A DNA stretch of 64,000 nt from Opitutales bacterium. GTDB lineage: Bacteria; Verrucomicrobiota; Verrucomicrobiia; Opitutales; UBA2987. This document shows positions 18,297 through 27,773 of the stretch, piece by piece; position 1 is the first letter of the stretch, and every line of letters begins with the position of its first letter. The translations under genes and the position numbers were made by a program. Below the pieces are notes generated by a model, which saw only the letters and a list, made by a program, of their open reading frames with translations, made no database searches and was not told the DNA's origin. The DNA is taken from NCBI GenBank assembly GCA_965226885.1, contig CBDDEL010000013.1, positions 192,001 through 256,000 of the forward strand. Reading direction: 5' to 3'.

Positions 18297-18379
18297 CACA
18301 CTAATCAATAAACAATGAATATAAGAGAATCCCGTGTCCAACAAATCCAGTACACGTCAGTACACGTCAAACCTATCCA

Positions 18380-18408
18380 TTGACGTTTTGTTGATTTTAT
18401 GGTAATGT
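18380..18408 (+). promoter_or_regulatory. Putative sigma70-type promoter upstream of ispH
   Basis: TTGACG-17 nt-TAATGT. Confidence 0.3.
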
Positions 18409-18462
18409 GATCGCTTCACCTGCATTAACCTAACCTTCAGGTGTAACACTGAGATTTTATTA

Positions 18463-18497
18463 AACCGCTAATGAACACGAATGGACGCGAATGTTGA
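18463..18497 (+). repeat. Dispersed intergenic repeat with 10-bp internal periodicity
   Basis: aaccgctaatgaacacgaatggacgcgaatgttga; close match in reverse orientation at 62250-62284. Confidence 0.7.
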
Positions 18498-18760
18498 TTG
18501 AACAATCGAGGCTTGGGCTTTTTTTGGGGGAATTATATTATCCCCTATTGATTCATAAGCCCAAGGATTACTTAAATGAATGATTCTAACCTATTTTATG
18601 GAGTGAGTGCCTTTGGAGGGCATTTTAAAACTTTTGGACGTGCAGGTGCAGGCAGGATGCCGGTGGCCGGGAGGACGAGAATACCGCTTGACCCAAGGCG
18701 CTTGTATCCGTTTCCTATTCATTTGCAGGCTGCGATTTATTATTGGAAGGATTGAATACT

Positions 18761-19714
18761 ATGGATGTTTTATTAGCACAACCGCGGGGATTTTGCGCTG
18801 GGGTAGTTCGGGCAATTGATATTGTCGAGACCACCCTGGATATTTATGGCCCGCCCGTTTACGTGTTGCATGAAATTGTGCATAACCAATGGGTGTTGAA
18901 GGATTTACAATCCAAGGGGGCGATTTTCGTTGAGGAGTTGGAGGAAGTTCCCAATGGGGCCAATATCATTTTCAGCGCCCATGGGGTGGCCCACAGCAGG
19001 GTGGAAAGAGCGAAGGAGAGGAATTTGCACATTATCGACGCCACCTGCCCTCTGGTCACAAAAGTGCATTTGCAGGTGGCCCGGCACTCGCGGGCCGCGC
19101 GGGAGGTAATCCTCATCGGCCATGCCGGGCATGTGGAAGTCAATGGCACCCTGGGGCAGTACAACAAGGAATTCGGCGGAGAAATTTACCTGGTGCAAAA
19201 TGTGGAAGATGTGGCCAATCTGGAGGTGCAAAACCCCGACGAGTTGGCCTTCGTTACCCAGACTACCCTATCGGTGGACGATACCATGCAAACCATCGAC
19301 GCCCTCAAGAGGCGCTTCCCGAAGATTGTCGGTCCCCGCAACAACGATATTTGCTATGCCACCCAGAACCGTCAAAACGCGGTCCGGCAATTCACCGGAA
19401 ATGTCGATTTGCTATTGGTGGTGGGGGCGCGCAACAGTTCCAACTCGAACCGCCTGAGAGAACTTGGCGAACACCAGGGTCTGGAAGCGCACCTGGTGCA
19501 GGATGCGGACGACCTCGACCCCGCCTGGTTCCATCCAAGCATTCGGGTAGGTCTTACGGCGGGGGCCTCCGCCCCGGAAGTACTGGTCCAAGGAGTGCTT
19601 GAAAAACTGCAGGAATTCGGTATTAAAAGCGTGGAAGAAATGGGTGCCGAACCGGAATCCGTGTCTTTTCCTTTGCCCAAGGAGTTGAAGGCCAGAGTGG
19701 TCGAAACAACTTGA
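18761..19714 (+). CDS. ispH: 4-hydroxy-3-methylbut-2-enyl diphosphate reductase
   Basis: [48 protein letters not shown]. Confidence 0.97.
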   Translation: MDVLLAQPRGFCAGVVRAIDIVETTLDIYGPPVYVLHEIVHNQWVLKDLQSKGAIFVEELEEVPNGANIIFSAHGVAHSRVERAKERNLHIIDATCPLVTKVHLQVARHSRAAREVILIGHAGHVEVNGTLGQYNKEFGGEIYLVQNVEDVANLEVQNPDELAFVTQTTLSVDDTMQTIDALKRRFPKIVGPRNNDICYATQNRQNAVRQFTGNVDLLLVVGARNSSNSNRLRELGEHQGLEAHLVQDADDLDPAWFHPSIRVGLTAGASAPEVLVQGVLEKLQEFGIKSVEEMGAEPESVSFPLPKELKARVVETT

Positions 19715-19748
19715 TAATCTAAGAGTAACCAGTAAGGACTAATAAATC

Positions 19749-20867
19749 ATGGCCATTCCTATACGCCAACAAGCCGCCGTCGGGCGCTATATCCTGGGTC
19801 AGAAATTGCGCGGGGTAAAACGCTACCCTCTGGTGCTTATGCTGGAGCCGCTTTTTCGCTGCAACCTGGCCTGCGCCGGTTGTGGGAAAATCGACTACCC
19901 GGATGAAATCCTCAACCAACGCATGAGCAAGGAGGATTGCCTTTCCGCCATCGACGAATGCGGGGCGCCCATCGTTTCCATCGCCGGGGGCGAACCCCTC
20001 GTGCACAAGGAAATGCCGGAAATCGTGGAGGGTTTCGTGAAAAAGAAGAAATACGTTTACCTCTGCACCAATGCCCTCCTTTTGCAGAGGAAAATGAAGG
20101 ATTACACGCCATCGATTTTTCTCACGTTTTCCATTCACCTCGACGGCAATGAGCTTCGCCACGACACCTCGGTCTGCCAGAAAGGGGTATTCGACAAAGC
20201 AGTGGAGGCGATCCGTATGGCTGTGGACAAAGGATTCCGGGTGAACGTCAACTGCACCCTGTTTCAGGGCGAAGATGCGGTAGAGGTGGCTGAGTTTTTC
20301 GATTACGCTACCAGCCTGGGGGTGGAAGGCATTACGGTATCTCCCGGTTTCAGCTATGACCACGCCCCGCAACAGGAAGTATTTCTGCAAAGAAGCGCCA
20401 GCAAGAGGCTCTTCCGCAGGATTTTCGAACGCGGCAAAAACAAAAAGTGGCCCCTCAACCACTCGACCCTTTATCTCGATTTTTTGGCCGGTAACCAGAC
20501 CTATCAATGCACGCCCTGGGGCAACCCCACGCGCAACCTCTTCGGCTGGCAACGGCCCTGTTATCTGCTCGTGGACGAAGGTTATGCCCCCACCTTCAAA
20601 AGCCTCATCGAGGAGACCGATTGGAGTAAATACGGAACCGGCAACAACCCCAAATGCGCCAATTGCATGGCCCACTGCGGTTACGAGGCCACGGCCGTCA
20701 ACGACACCTTCGCTCACCCCTTGAAAGCTTTTCAGAAATTTATCCAGGGCCCGGGAACGGATGGTCCCATGGCGCCGGAACTGCCCATCGCCTACGCGCA
20801 AGATAAATCTCCGGCCACCCCGGCGGGACTTCCGGTGGAAACGAGCGGCGCCGCTAAATCCACCTAG
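19749..20867 (+). CDS. hpnH: Adenosyl-hopene transferase, radical SAM
   Basis: YPLVLMLEPLFRCNLACAGCGKI; CTPWGNPTRN; CANCMAHCGYE. Confidence 0.95.
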   Translation: MAIPIRQQAAVGRYILGQKLRGVKRYPLVLMLEPLFRCNLACAGCGKIDYPDEILNQRMSKEDCLSAIDECGAPIVSIAGGEPLVHKEMPEIVEGFVKKKKYVYLCTNALLLQRKMKDYTPSIFLTFSIHLDGNELRHDTSVCQKGVFDKAVEAIRMAVDKGFRVNVNCTLFQGEDAVEVAEFFDYATSLGVEGITVSPGFSYDHAPQQEVFLQRSASKRLFRRIFERGKNKKWPLNHSTLYLDFLAGNQTYQCTPWGNPTRNLFGWQRPCYLLVDEGYAPTFKSLIEETDWSKYGTGNNPKCANCMAHCGYEATAVNDTFAHPLKAFQKFIQGPGTDGPMAPELPIAYAQDKSPATPAGLPVETSGAAKST

Positions 20868-20883
20868 GCAGGGCAAGTCAAAG

Positions 20884-22020
20884 ATGATCGCCCAGACCTG
20901 GGATGTTCTTCTGACAACCCTCGCTGGGTTATCGGCGCTCATCTGGCTCATTATTGTGTTTCTGCCCTGGAAGCCGTGGCGGAACAGGGAAGTTTTAGAA
21001 GCGGATGCCTCCTCCCGTGCCATAGACCTGTCCGATTTAACCGTTCTCATCCCGGCCCGCAATGAAGAGGACGTCATCGAACGAACCGTCCGCTCGGTTC
21101 TACGGCAAGGCGGTGGGTTGCGGATACTTTTGGTCAATGACGATTCGACCGATCAAACGGCGCAATTGGCCCAAGCGGCGGGGGGCGTGTCATTGAGAGT
21201 AATTGCCGGCGCCCCTCTTCCTCCCGGCTGGTCGGGCAAATTATGGGCACTGGAACAAGGCTGGACCGAGATCGGCACGGAATACCTCATGCTGCTGGAT
21301 GCCGACATCGAACTACAGGAGGGAATCGTCTCCGCGTTGTTGAAAAAACTTACGGAACAAGAACGACCATTCGTTTCTCTAATGGCTATGCCCTCAATGG
21401 AGGGATGGTGGGAGAAACTTTTTATGCCCGCTTTTGTTTATTTCTTTAAATTGCTTTATCCATTCCATCTGTCCAATGCAGCCACCTCCAAAATGGCGGC
21501 GGCGGCCGGCGGATGCATTTTTATGAAAACCGCAATCCTCAAAACAATCGGGGGGTTTGAACCGATCAAGGATGCCCTTATCGACGACTGCGCCCTGGCT
21601 AAGCGAGTCAAGGAGGCCGGTTTTGCCACTTGGATTGGTTTGTCGCGGTCGGTTCGCAGCATTCGACCCTATGAAAACATTGGCCAAATTTGGAACATGG
21701 TGGCGCGGACTGCTTTCACTCAATTGCGCTATTCGGTAATTCTCTTGATGGGCTGCACATTGCTAATGGGGTTGGTGTTTGGGGTTCCCGCCTGGTTCCC
21801 TTTTCTGGGGCTTGGTTCAGCTGGGTATTTTGCCCTTTTCGCGTTTGCCGGGATGGTTGTCACCTATTTGCCCACTCTCTTATTCTACCACAGATCCCCG
21901 GTATGGGCTCTCTGCCTTCCCTTGACGGCGGCCCTTTTTCTGAGCATGACCTGGAATTCCGCTTTTCGCTACTGGAAAGGCGAGCGCTCCCGCTGGAAAA
22001 ATCGCACTTATTATAATTAG
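20884..22020 (+). CDS. hpnB: Hopene-associated glycosyltransferase (GT2)
   Basis: IPARNE, PPGWSGKLWAL, DAD, AAAAGGC, ALIDDCALA, WNMVARTAFTQLRYS. Confidence 0.85.
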   Translation: MIAQTWDVLLTTLAGLSALIWLIIVFLPWKPWRNREVLEADASSRAIDLSDLTVLIPARNEEDVIERTVRSVLRQGGGLRILLVNDDSTDQTAQLAQAAGGVSLRVIAGAPLPPGWSGKLWALEQGWTEIGTEYLMLLDADIELQEGIVSALLKKLTEQERPFVSLMAMPSMEGWWEKLFMPAFVYFFKLLYPFHLSNAATSKMAAAAGGCIFMKTAILKTIGGFEPIKDALIDDCALAKRVKEAGFATWIGLSRSVRSIRPYENIGQIWNMVARTAFTQLRYSVILLMGCTLLMGLVFGVPAWFPFLGLGSAGYFALFAFAGMVVTYLPTLLFYHRSPVWALCLPLTAALFLSMTWNSAFRYWKGERSRWKNRTYYN

Positions 22021-22038
22021 AATTGAAGAAAACTCATC

Positions 22039-22707
22039 ATGGTTACTATTAAAAATAGAGCGACCGGCATAAAACCGGTTTGGAATTCCATAATCCTCCT
22101 TGCCATTCTGGCCAATACCCCGGTGGCATTCAGCGAGGAGGAGCCTCGGGCCATAGTCGAAAGGCTACAAAACGGCCTCATCGAATCCATGAAAGGTGGT
22201 GCCGAAATCGGATTTAGCGGTCGATACCAAATTCTCCAAACTATAGTTTTGGATACGCACCGGCTGAAATCGATAGCGCGTGTTGCCATCGGGCGCTATT
22301 GGAGAGATCTCAGCGAAGAAGAACAACATTCCTATTTGAAATTGTTTTCCCGTTTGAGCGTTTCCGGTTATGCCTCACGATTTTGGAAATTCCAGGGCGA
22401 ACATTTTGAAATTATTTCCGAGGAAACCCTGAAACGCGGGCAAATCGTCATAAAGTCTGACCTTTACCTGAAAGACGAAGAAACGATTCGGCTGAGTTAT
22501 ATTCTCAGCGAAGTCGGCGGAGACTGGAAAATCATCAATGTTATTGCCAAAGGGATCAGTGACCTGGCCATCAAACGGGCGGAATATACGAGCATCATGT
22601 CCAAGAACGGGTTCGATACATTGCTGGACAGAATTTCCAAAAATCTTGAGAAACTTGAAAAAAAACACATCGAAGATGAAACCGAGGCACAGAGCACGGC
22701 GCTTTGA
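22039..22707 (+). CDS. hpnM: HpnM / MlaC-type periplasmic lipid shuttle
   Basis: Signal peptide; WKIINVIAKGISDLAIKRAEY; hopanoid context. Confidence 0.8.
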   Translation: MVTIKNRATGIKPVWNSIILLAILANTPVAFSEEEPRAIVERLQNGLIESMKGGAEIGFSGRYQILQTIVLDTHRLKSIARVAIGRYWRDLSEEEQHSYLKLFSRLSVSGYASRFWKFQGEHFEIISEETLKRGQIVIKSDLYLKDEETIRLSYILSEVGGDWKIINVIAKGISDLAIKRAEYTSIMSKNGFDTLLDRISKNLEKLEKKHIEDETEAQSTAL

Positions 22708-22777
22708 TCCTCATTTCAGGTAATCTTTTTTTCTACTGAGTATCAATAGTTGCCGCCTATTTGATTAAATAAACGCA

Positions 22778-23590
22778 ATGATTATAAAACTACTCAGATT
22801 CGATTATAAATTTGAAAAACAGAATAGTTTTCAATCACGAATAATATCCATCGCCGTGGGGGGGCTGGTTCTAATATTTTCGGGCTGCGTCGGTCCCCGG
22901 CAGGGCGCCACACCGGGCGATCCGTTCGAGAAGTGGAACCGATCCTTTCATTCCCTCAATCACAAACTCGATACCGTCCTGCTCGAACCGGTGGCCGCAA
23001 CTTATGCTAAAACGGTCCCCGCTCCGGTGCAGAAAGGTGTGACTAATTTTTTTAACAATTTAGGTGAACTCAATGTCATCCTTAACGATTTGCTACAGGG
23101 AAAATTCGAAGACGGCCTGGACGATTTTGGCCGGTTCGCGGTAAACTCAACCATCGGGCTGGGAGGCATATTGGATGTGGCCACTCCCATGGGATTGCCC
23201 CGGCATGAAGAAGATTTCGGGCAGACTCTGGCCGTTTGGGGCTTTGGAGAAGGCGCCTACCTGGTCCTGCCTATTCTGGGACCCGGCACAATACGCGATG
23301 AGCCCGGCCGCTTCGTCTCCTCAGCCACTAATATTTTATTCTACATAAACGTAAAAGCGATCACCTTTCCCCTCGGTATCCTCGGCACGATTAACAAGCG
23401 GGCGAGTCTGATCGATGCCATCAAGGAAGTGGACGAGTCCGCCGTGGATCGATATATATTTGTCCGCGAAGCTTTCCTAGGTGATCGAAATTATCATATT
23501 TATGATGGCAACCCCCCGCTGGAGGATTTATTTGAAGACGAGTTCGATTTCGAATTCGAGGAGGAGATGGCGGAAGATGAATCGGAATAG
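22778..23590 (+). CDS. mlaA: VacJ/MlaA lipoprotein
   Basis: Lipobox FSGC; DPFEKWNR, RFAVNSTIGLGG, EDFGQTL, YLVLPILGP. Confidence 0.9.
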   Translation: MIIKLLRFDYKFEKQNSFQSRIISIAVGGLVLIFSGCVGPRQGATPGDPFEKWNRSFHSLNHKLDTVLLEPVAATYAKTVPAPVQKGVTNFFNNLGELNVILNDLLQGKFEDGLDDFGRFAVNSTIGLGGILDVATPMGLPRHEEDFGQTLAVWGFGEGAYLVLPILGPGTIRDEPGRFVSSATNILFYINVKAITFPLGILGTINKRASLIDAIKEVDESAVDRYIFVREAFLGDRNYHIYDGNPPLEDLFEDEFDFEFEEEMAEDESE

Positions 23591-23712
23591 CGCTCCCTCA
23601 ACGGTTTCTCTGTTATAGTGCACATATGGATTGCGCCCAACCAGCCAACTATTTTAGGCCATGGACGGGCTTTTGATTGACCTATGAGGCCGCTCGGTTC
23701 TTTTTCTCCGGT

Positions 23713-24528
23713 ATGCGAATCAATCATTTACCGCAAAAAATTATTTATATCCCCCTTGTGGTTTCCTTGCTGTTGATGGGTCTTGCCTGCTCAAAAAAAG
23801 AAGAGTCGTCAACGGAAGGCAAAATGGAGGTGGCAACTCCCCCACCTCCATCTGAACCAAAAACTGAAGCTCCCGATAGGGCGGAGGCGGAACAAAAAGC
23901 GTTGCGGGCTCTCGGCTACCAATTCGGCCGGGAAGTCAGTTTGAACGTAGGATTAACGGAGGACCAAATGGTAGCCATCTTCGAGGGAATGCGCCGGCAG
24001 GCTGCCGGAAAGGCGCCCCCCGCCAATTTTGAGAAACAGTTGGCGGCTGCGAAAAAAATTATGCTGCCGAAAATCGAGGCTTATTCTAAAAATCAACAAA
24101 AGGAGGAGGGAGAAATGTCGATGCCCAATATCGAGGCTGGAAAGGCTTATATAGCCGAACTTGAGAAATCGGAAAATTTGAAAAAAACGGCCAGTGGACT
24201 CTATTACAAAATGGTCCGGGAAGGCGACGGCGACAACCCCGAGGCAACCGATACGGTCAAAGTCCACTACCATGGAACCCTTATCGACGGCACCGAGTTT
24301 GACAGCTCCTACAGTCGCAATAAGCCAGCCACCTTCCCCCTCAACCGTGTCATCGCGGGCTGGACCGAAGGCCTTCAATTGGTGCGGGAAGGAGGAGAGA
24401 TCATGCTCTACATTCCCTCCGATCTGGGCTACGGCAATCAGCCGCGGGGCGGGGTTATAAAGGCGGGCGACACTTTGGTTTTCCGAGTGGAACTTCTCGA
24501 AATCGTGACCCGAGGGGAAGGTTCCTGA
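23713..24528 (+). CDS. FKBP-type peptidyl-prolyl isomerase (FkpA/Mip-like lipoprotein)
   Basis: Lipobox LAC; VHYHGTLIDGTEFDSSY, VIAGWTEGL, IPSDLGYG. Confidence 0.92.
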   Translation: MRINHLPQKIIYIPLVVSLLLMGLACSKKEESSTEGKMEVATPPPPSEPKTEAPDRAEAEQKALRALGYQFGREVSLNVGLTEDQMVAIFEGMRRQAAGKAPPANFEKQLAAAKKIMLPKIEAYSKNQQKEEGEMSMPNIEAGKAYIAELEKSENLKKTASGLYYKMVREGDGDNPEATDTVKVHYHGTLIDGTEFDSSYSRNKPATFPLNRVIAGWTEGLQLVREGGEIMLYIPSDLGYGNQPRGGVIKAGDTLVFRVELLEIVTRGEGS

Positions 24529-24592
24529 AAAATTGAGCTTCTAAACGGCGCAGCCTGACCTGCCATGGGCAAGTTATTCTCGCCAGTCATCA

Positions 24593-25465
24593 ATGCCATC
24601 AGGCGCAGTTGGAATTGTCACCCGCACAAAAGACCGCCCGCTAATGCTCGGACGGGCCCTGGAAAGCGTTCTCAATCAGACTTTTTCAGATTGGGCTTTG
24701 GTCGTGGTGAACGACGGGGGCGAACCCGAACCGGTAAATGAGGTCCTCGACCAATTTCGGAGCGCTCTGGCCGATCGTTGCCAACTGATTTCACTGGACG
24801 CGTCCGGCGGCATGGAAGCGGCCTCCAACAAGGCCATCGCCAACCTGCAATGCAAATACCTGATCATCCACGACGACGATGACAGTTGGGAGCCGGATTT
24901 TTTAAAAGCGACGGCCGGATTCATGGAGGCGCCACGCCCTCCCAAGACCAAAGGCGTAATGACCCACTCATTCCTGGTTGAAGAGAAGGTCGAAAACGGA
25001 AAAATCCGCATTCAAAAAAAATACCCGCACAACGACTGGATCCGCGACATCAACTTTTTCGAAATGCTAGCCGATAACTGCTTCCCCCCCATTTCCTTTC
25101 TATTCGAAAGGGAAGCCTATGGAAAAGTCGGACCTTTCAACGAGGAACTGCCGGTTCTGGGAGACTGGGAATTCAATGTCCGTTTTTTGCGGCATTTCGA
25201 TATCGGGGTGATTCCTCAAATTCTGGCCAACTACCACCACCGCCGAAATGACCGGCGATCCGCTTATGGCAACAGCGTCCACGCGCATAGGGACCGGCTG
25301 AAATATTACGACAACCAACTGCGCAACCAGTGGTTGCGGGAGGACTTCGATGCGGGCCGCTACGGGTTGGGCACGGCCGCCGGATTGGCCCGCTCCCAAT
25401 GGAAAATCCGCCGGTTGCTGAAGAAGAGCCAACGCAGTATCTGGAGCCGTCTGTTCAATATTTAG
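24593..25465 (+). CDS. Glycosyltransferase family 2
   Basis: TRTKDRP, VVNDGG, HDDDD, LPVLGDWEF. Confidence 0.88.
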   Translation: MPSGAVGIVTRTKDRPLMLGRALESVLNQTFSDWALVVVNDGGEPEPVNEVLDQFRSALADRCQLISLDASGGMEAASNKAIANLQCKYLIIHDDDDSWEPDFLKATAGFMEAPRPPKTKGVMTHSFLVEEKVENGKIRIQKKYPHNDWIRDINFFEMLADNCFPPISFLFEREAYGKVGPFNEELPVLGDWEFNVRFLRHFDIGVIPQILANYHHRRNDRRSAYGNSVHAHRDRLKYYDNQLRNQWLREDFDAGRYGLGTAAGLARSQWKIRRLLKKSQRSIWSRLFNI

Positions 25466-25486
25466 CCCGACCCCGTTGGCCATTGG

Positions 25487-26704
25487 CTAAAAAAGCCGCC
25501 GCTCCCATCGATTGTGGGCCCAGATGGGCGTCATCGACTTCATTAAGGAAACGGATTTGCGGTACCTATCGGTTATAGGCAGGACTTTTGCTAAACCGCT
25601 TAAAAATTGATCGTAACGGCTTTCCAGGGAATCCATTTGCATTCCAGCCATCATTTTTTGTGATTTTTCAAAAAATTGCTCTTGTCTCTGGCTAGACCAA
25701 TCGTTGGCTGCGCAGAGGGTTTGCAACAAGCTCTCAATATTGCCCGGTCGATAAAGCAAGGTAGGGTCCATTCGTGCAAGAAAATCACGCCCCCCGTAAA
25801 AGTCGGGATAAAGAGGGACAACACCGCCAGCGAGCGCTTCCAGCAAGGCAATGGGGAGCCCTTCGTAATCGCTGAAAAATACCATGAACTTCCAGCGGTT
25901 GAGGATTTTCCAATAATCGTCGCCCTCTTTCCAGCCGTGAAAATGAACATTTTCCCTTTCCGCCAAAGCTTCCCGGAGCCAGTTTTCATCGGGGCCCGCG
26001 CCCAGAATTTCAAAAATAGCGCCAGGCAGTTTTTGATCCAGTATTTCGAGGAATGAGGGAATTCGGTCGATCCTTTTTTGTTTTTTAACCAAACGCCCTG
26101 CAAAACCGATTACCACCTTTTGGCGTAGTTGACAGCCCTGCCTGCCAATCCAGTCAGGAGCCTTTATTATGTGCGGGAAATAGGCCAAACGGGATTCGTC
26201 CCAATGGGGAAGGATTTGGCGAGTCATTGCCATCATCTCCTCGTTTACAAAAATGAAACCATCGGCGAAGCGGGCATAATAACGGATAAATTTTTCCACC
26301 CGAGGGTAGCTGGAATGGATAAAACCTATGCGAAATTCCGCCGGATCCAGGTCGGCCCATAAATCCAAACCCCAGCAATTATGATAGAGCGACGCTTCGG
26401 CGCCTAGGCGGGTGTGAACTTTATCCGCATACAAACGCCTTAACCCGCCAATAGTTTGATGGGGTGCCCCATCCAGGCATACCTGCCGGGCGGTGTCTTT
26501 TTCATCTCCCAGTAGAAACGAAACAAAAAAAGCTTGGCGGCCGGATTCCCGCAGGTGGGAGCGCATGACGGCCTCCATGCCGCCGCCGCAATGAAGCCGT
26601 TTGGCGTGGTGCAAAAACCGGACCGATTCTTTCAATTGGCCCATTTCATCCATTTGTATAATTTCCAAAAGCTGCCCGTCATAATGGGCCAAATTACCCA
26701 ACAT
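25487..26704 (-). CDS. Glycosyltransferase family 4 (GT-B)
   Basis: FAGRL...KR and SDYEGLPIALLEAL (EX7E). Confidence 0.88.
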   Translation of the reverse strand: MLGNLAHYDGQLLEIIQMDEMGQLKESVRFLHHAKRLHCGGGMEAVMRSHLRESGRQAFFVSFLLGDEKDTARQVCLDGAPHQTIGGLRRLYADKVHTRLGAEASLYHNCWGLDLWADLDPAEFRIGFIHSSYPRVEKFIRYYARFADGFIFVNEEMMAMTRQILPHWDESRLAYFPHIIKAPDWIGRQGCQLRQKVVIGFAGRLVKKQKRIDRIPSFLEILDQKLPGAIFEILGAGPDENWLREALAERENVHFHGWKEGDDYWKILNRWKFMVFFSDYEGLPIALLEALAGGVVPLYPDFYGGRDFLARMDPTLLYRPGNIESLLQTLCAANDWSSQRQEQFFEKSQKMMAGMQMDSLESRYDQFLSGLAKVLPITDRYRKSVSLMKSMTPIWAHNRWERRLF

Positions 26705-26802
26705 TCACAAGGGATAAATAGGGTCGGGGATCCCCCGAAAAAAAACCGGAAAATGGTATGGAAAAAATACCTCTAGATGTAGTGACGAAATGGAATTGGC
26801 GT

Positions 26803-27591
26803 TTATCTCTTTTCCGCCAGCAGGCTCACCAAATGGATGGTGAAGAGGGCGGCTTGGCGGGCGGCGATTTGGCCTAGTTTTCGGTAGTGGACTCCGGGGT
26901 CGGGTTGGGCCGAGTTGCTACCGCTGCGGATGATTAGATGAGGCACTTTCAGGTGATGGCAGACCTGGCCCACAGCGGAGCTTTCCATCTCCATGAGGTC
27001 ACATCCCAGTTTTTTTCGGATATCTTCAATTCGTTCAGTGGTAACGCCAAAAAAATCGCTCGAACAAACGGAACCTACCAGAACTTTTGGTCGATAGCTC
27101 TGGTCGCCCACTTTCACCTCGCCGGTAGTGTAGCTTTTGGCCGCTTTTTTAGCCAGCTTCAATAAACCCGGGTCGGCACTGAAAAAATAATGGGTCATGG
27201 AACCTTTGATCGGTCCCCGCACTTTTCGATAAACCACCCCGTCCTCGGTTAAACTTCCGGCGCAATGGTGGATGGATTTTTTTGCAATGATGACGTCTCC
27301 GGTGCGCAATTCCTGGTTTATGCGCGCACCCGATCCGGTGAAAATCAGTTCCTTGGGTTGGAACCGGGCGATGAAGAGGGCCGCGCACATGGCCGAATTG
27401 GTGATGCCCACCCCGGTCGTTGCCACCACCACGGGATGGCCGTGAAGCCGCCCTTGATGGCATGGAAATCCGTCCGAAAGGCCCGATTGGGTCATTTTCA
27501 TCAAAGCCTCAATGGGGACGGTTTCAGAAGGCATGGCCCCCAAAATCAAGGTTGGTTGGATCCGTTTTCGAGTTTTCGTTATTTTCCCCAT
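26803..27591 (-). CDS. MTA/SAH nucleosidase-like (PNP_UDP_1 family) protein
   Basis: ILGAMPSE, TGVGITNS, FTGSGA, GDVII, MEMESSA, IRSGSN. Confidence 0.85.
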   Translation of the reverse strand: MGKITKTRKRIQPTLILGAMPSETVPIEALMKMTQSGLSDGFPCHQGRLHGHPVVVATTGVGITNSAMCAALFIARFQPKELIFTGSGARINQELRTGDVIIAKKSIHHCAGSLTEDGVVYRKVRGPIKGSMTHYFFSADPGLLKLAKKAAKSYTTGEVKVGDQSYRPKVLVGSVCSSDFFGVTTERIEDIRKKLGCDLMEMESSAVGQVCHHLKVPHLIIRSGSNSAQPDPGVHYRKLGQIAARQAALFTIHLVSLLAEKR

Positions 27592-27773
27592 ATTGGAATA
27601 AAAACTAACAGAACCTGACTTTCTGCGTCAAGAGACACATTCACGGGGTTTAATACGGCTGTGCCAATGGATGCGGCGAGGAATATAGTTATGGGCGGAG
27701 GCTTCCAACCATTCATGTAATCTTGTTGACCTTTCGGGTTCTGAAATAATTTTTAACAGCCTTCACCTACGGA

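Larger units (their letters stand above)
17035..18359 (+). mobile_element. IS3-family element, complete (1325 bp)
   Basis: TG...CA ends; IRs tgatgtgcactggaaaaagtggacacg / cgtgtccaacaaatccagtacacgtca; no TSD. Confidence 0.95.

Noticed and set aside
19719..21137. 472-aa minus-strand ORF
   Set aside because: Antisense shadow of hpnH/hpnB with no recognisable motifs.
26803..27591. Calling this gene hpnG
   Set aside because: Full-length MtnN-like sequence on the opposite strand; context alone is insufficient.
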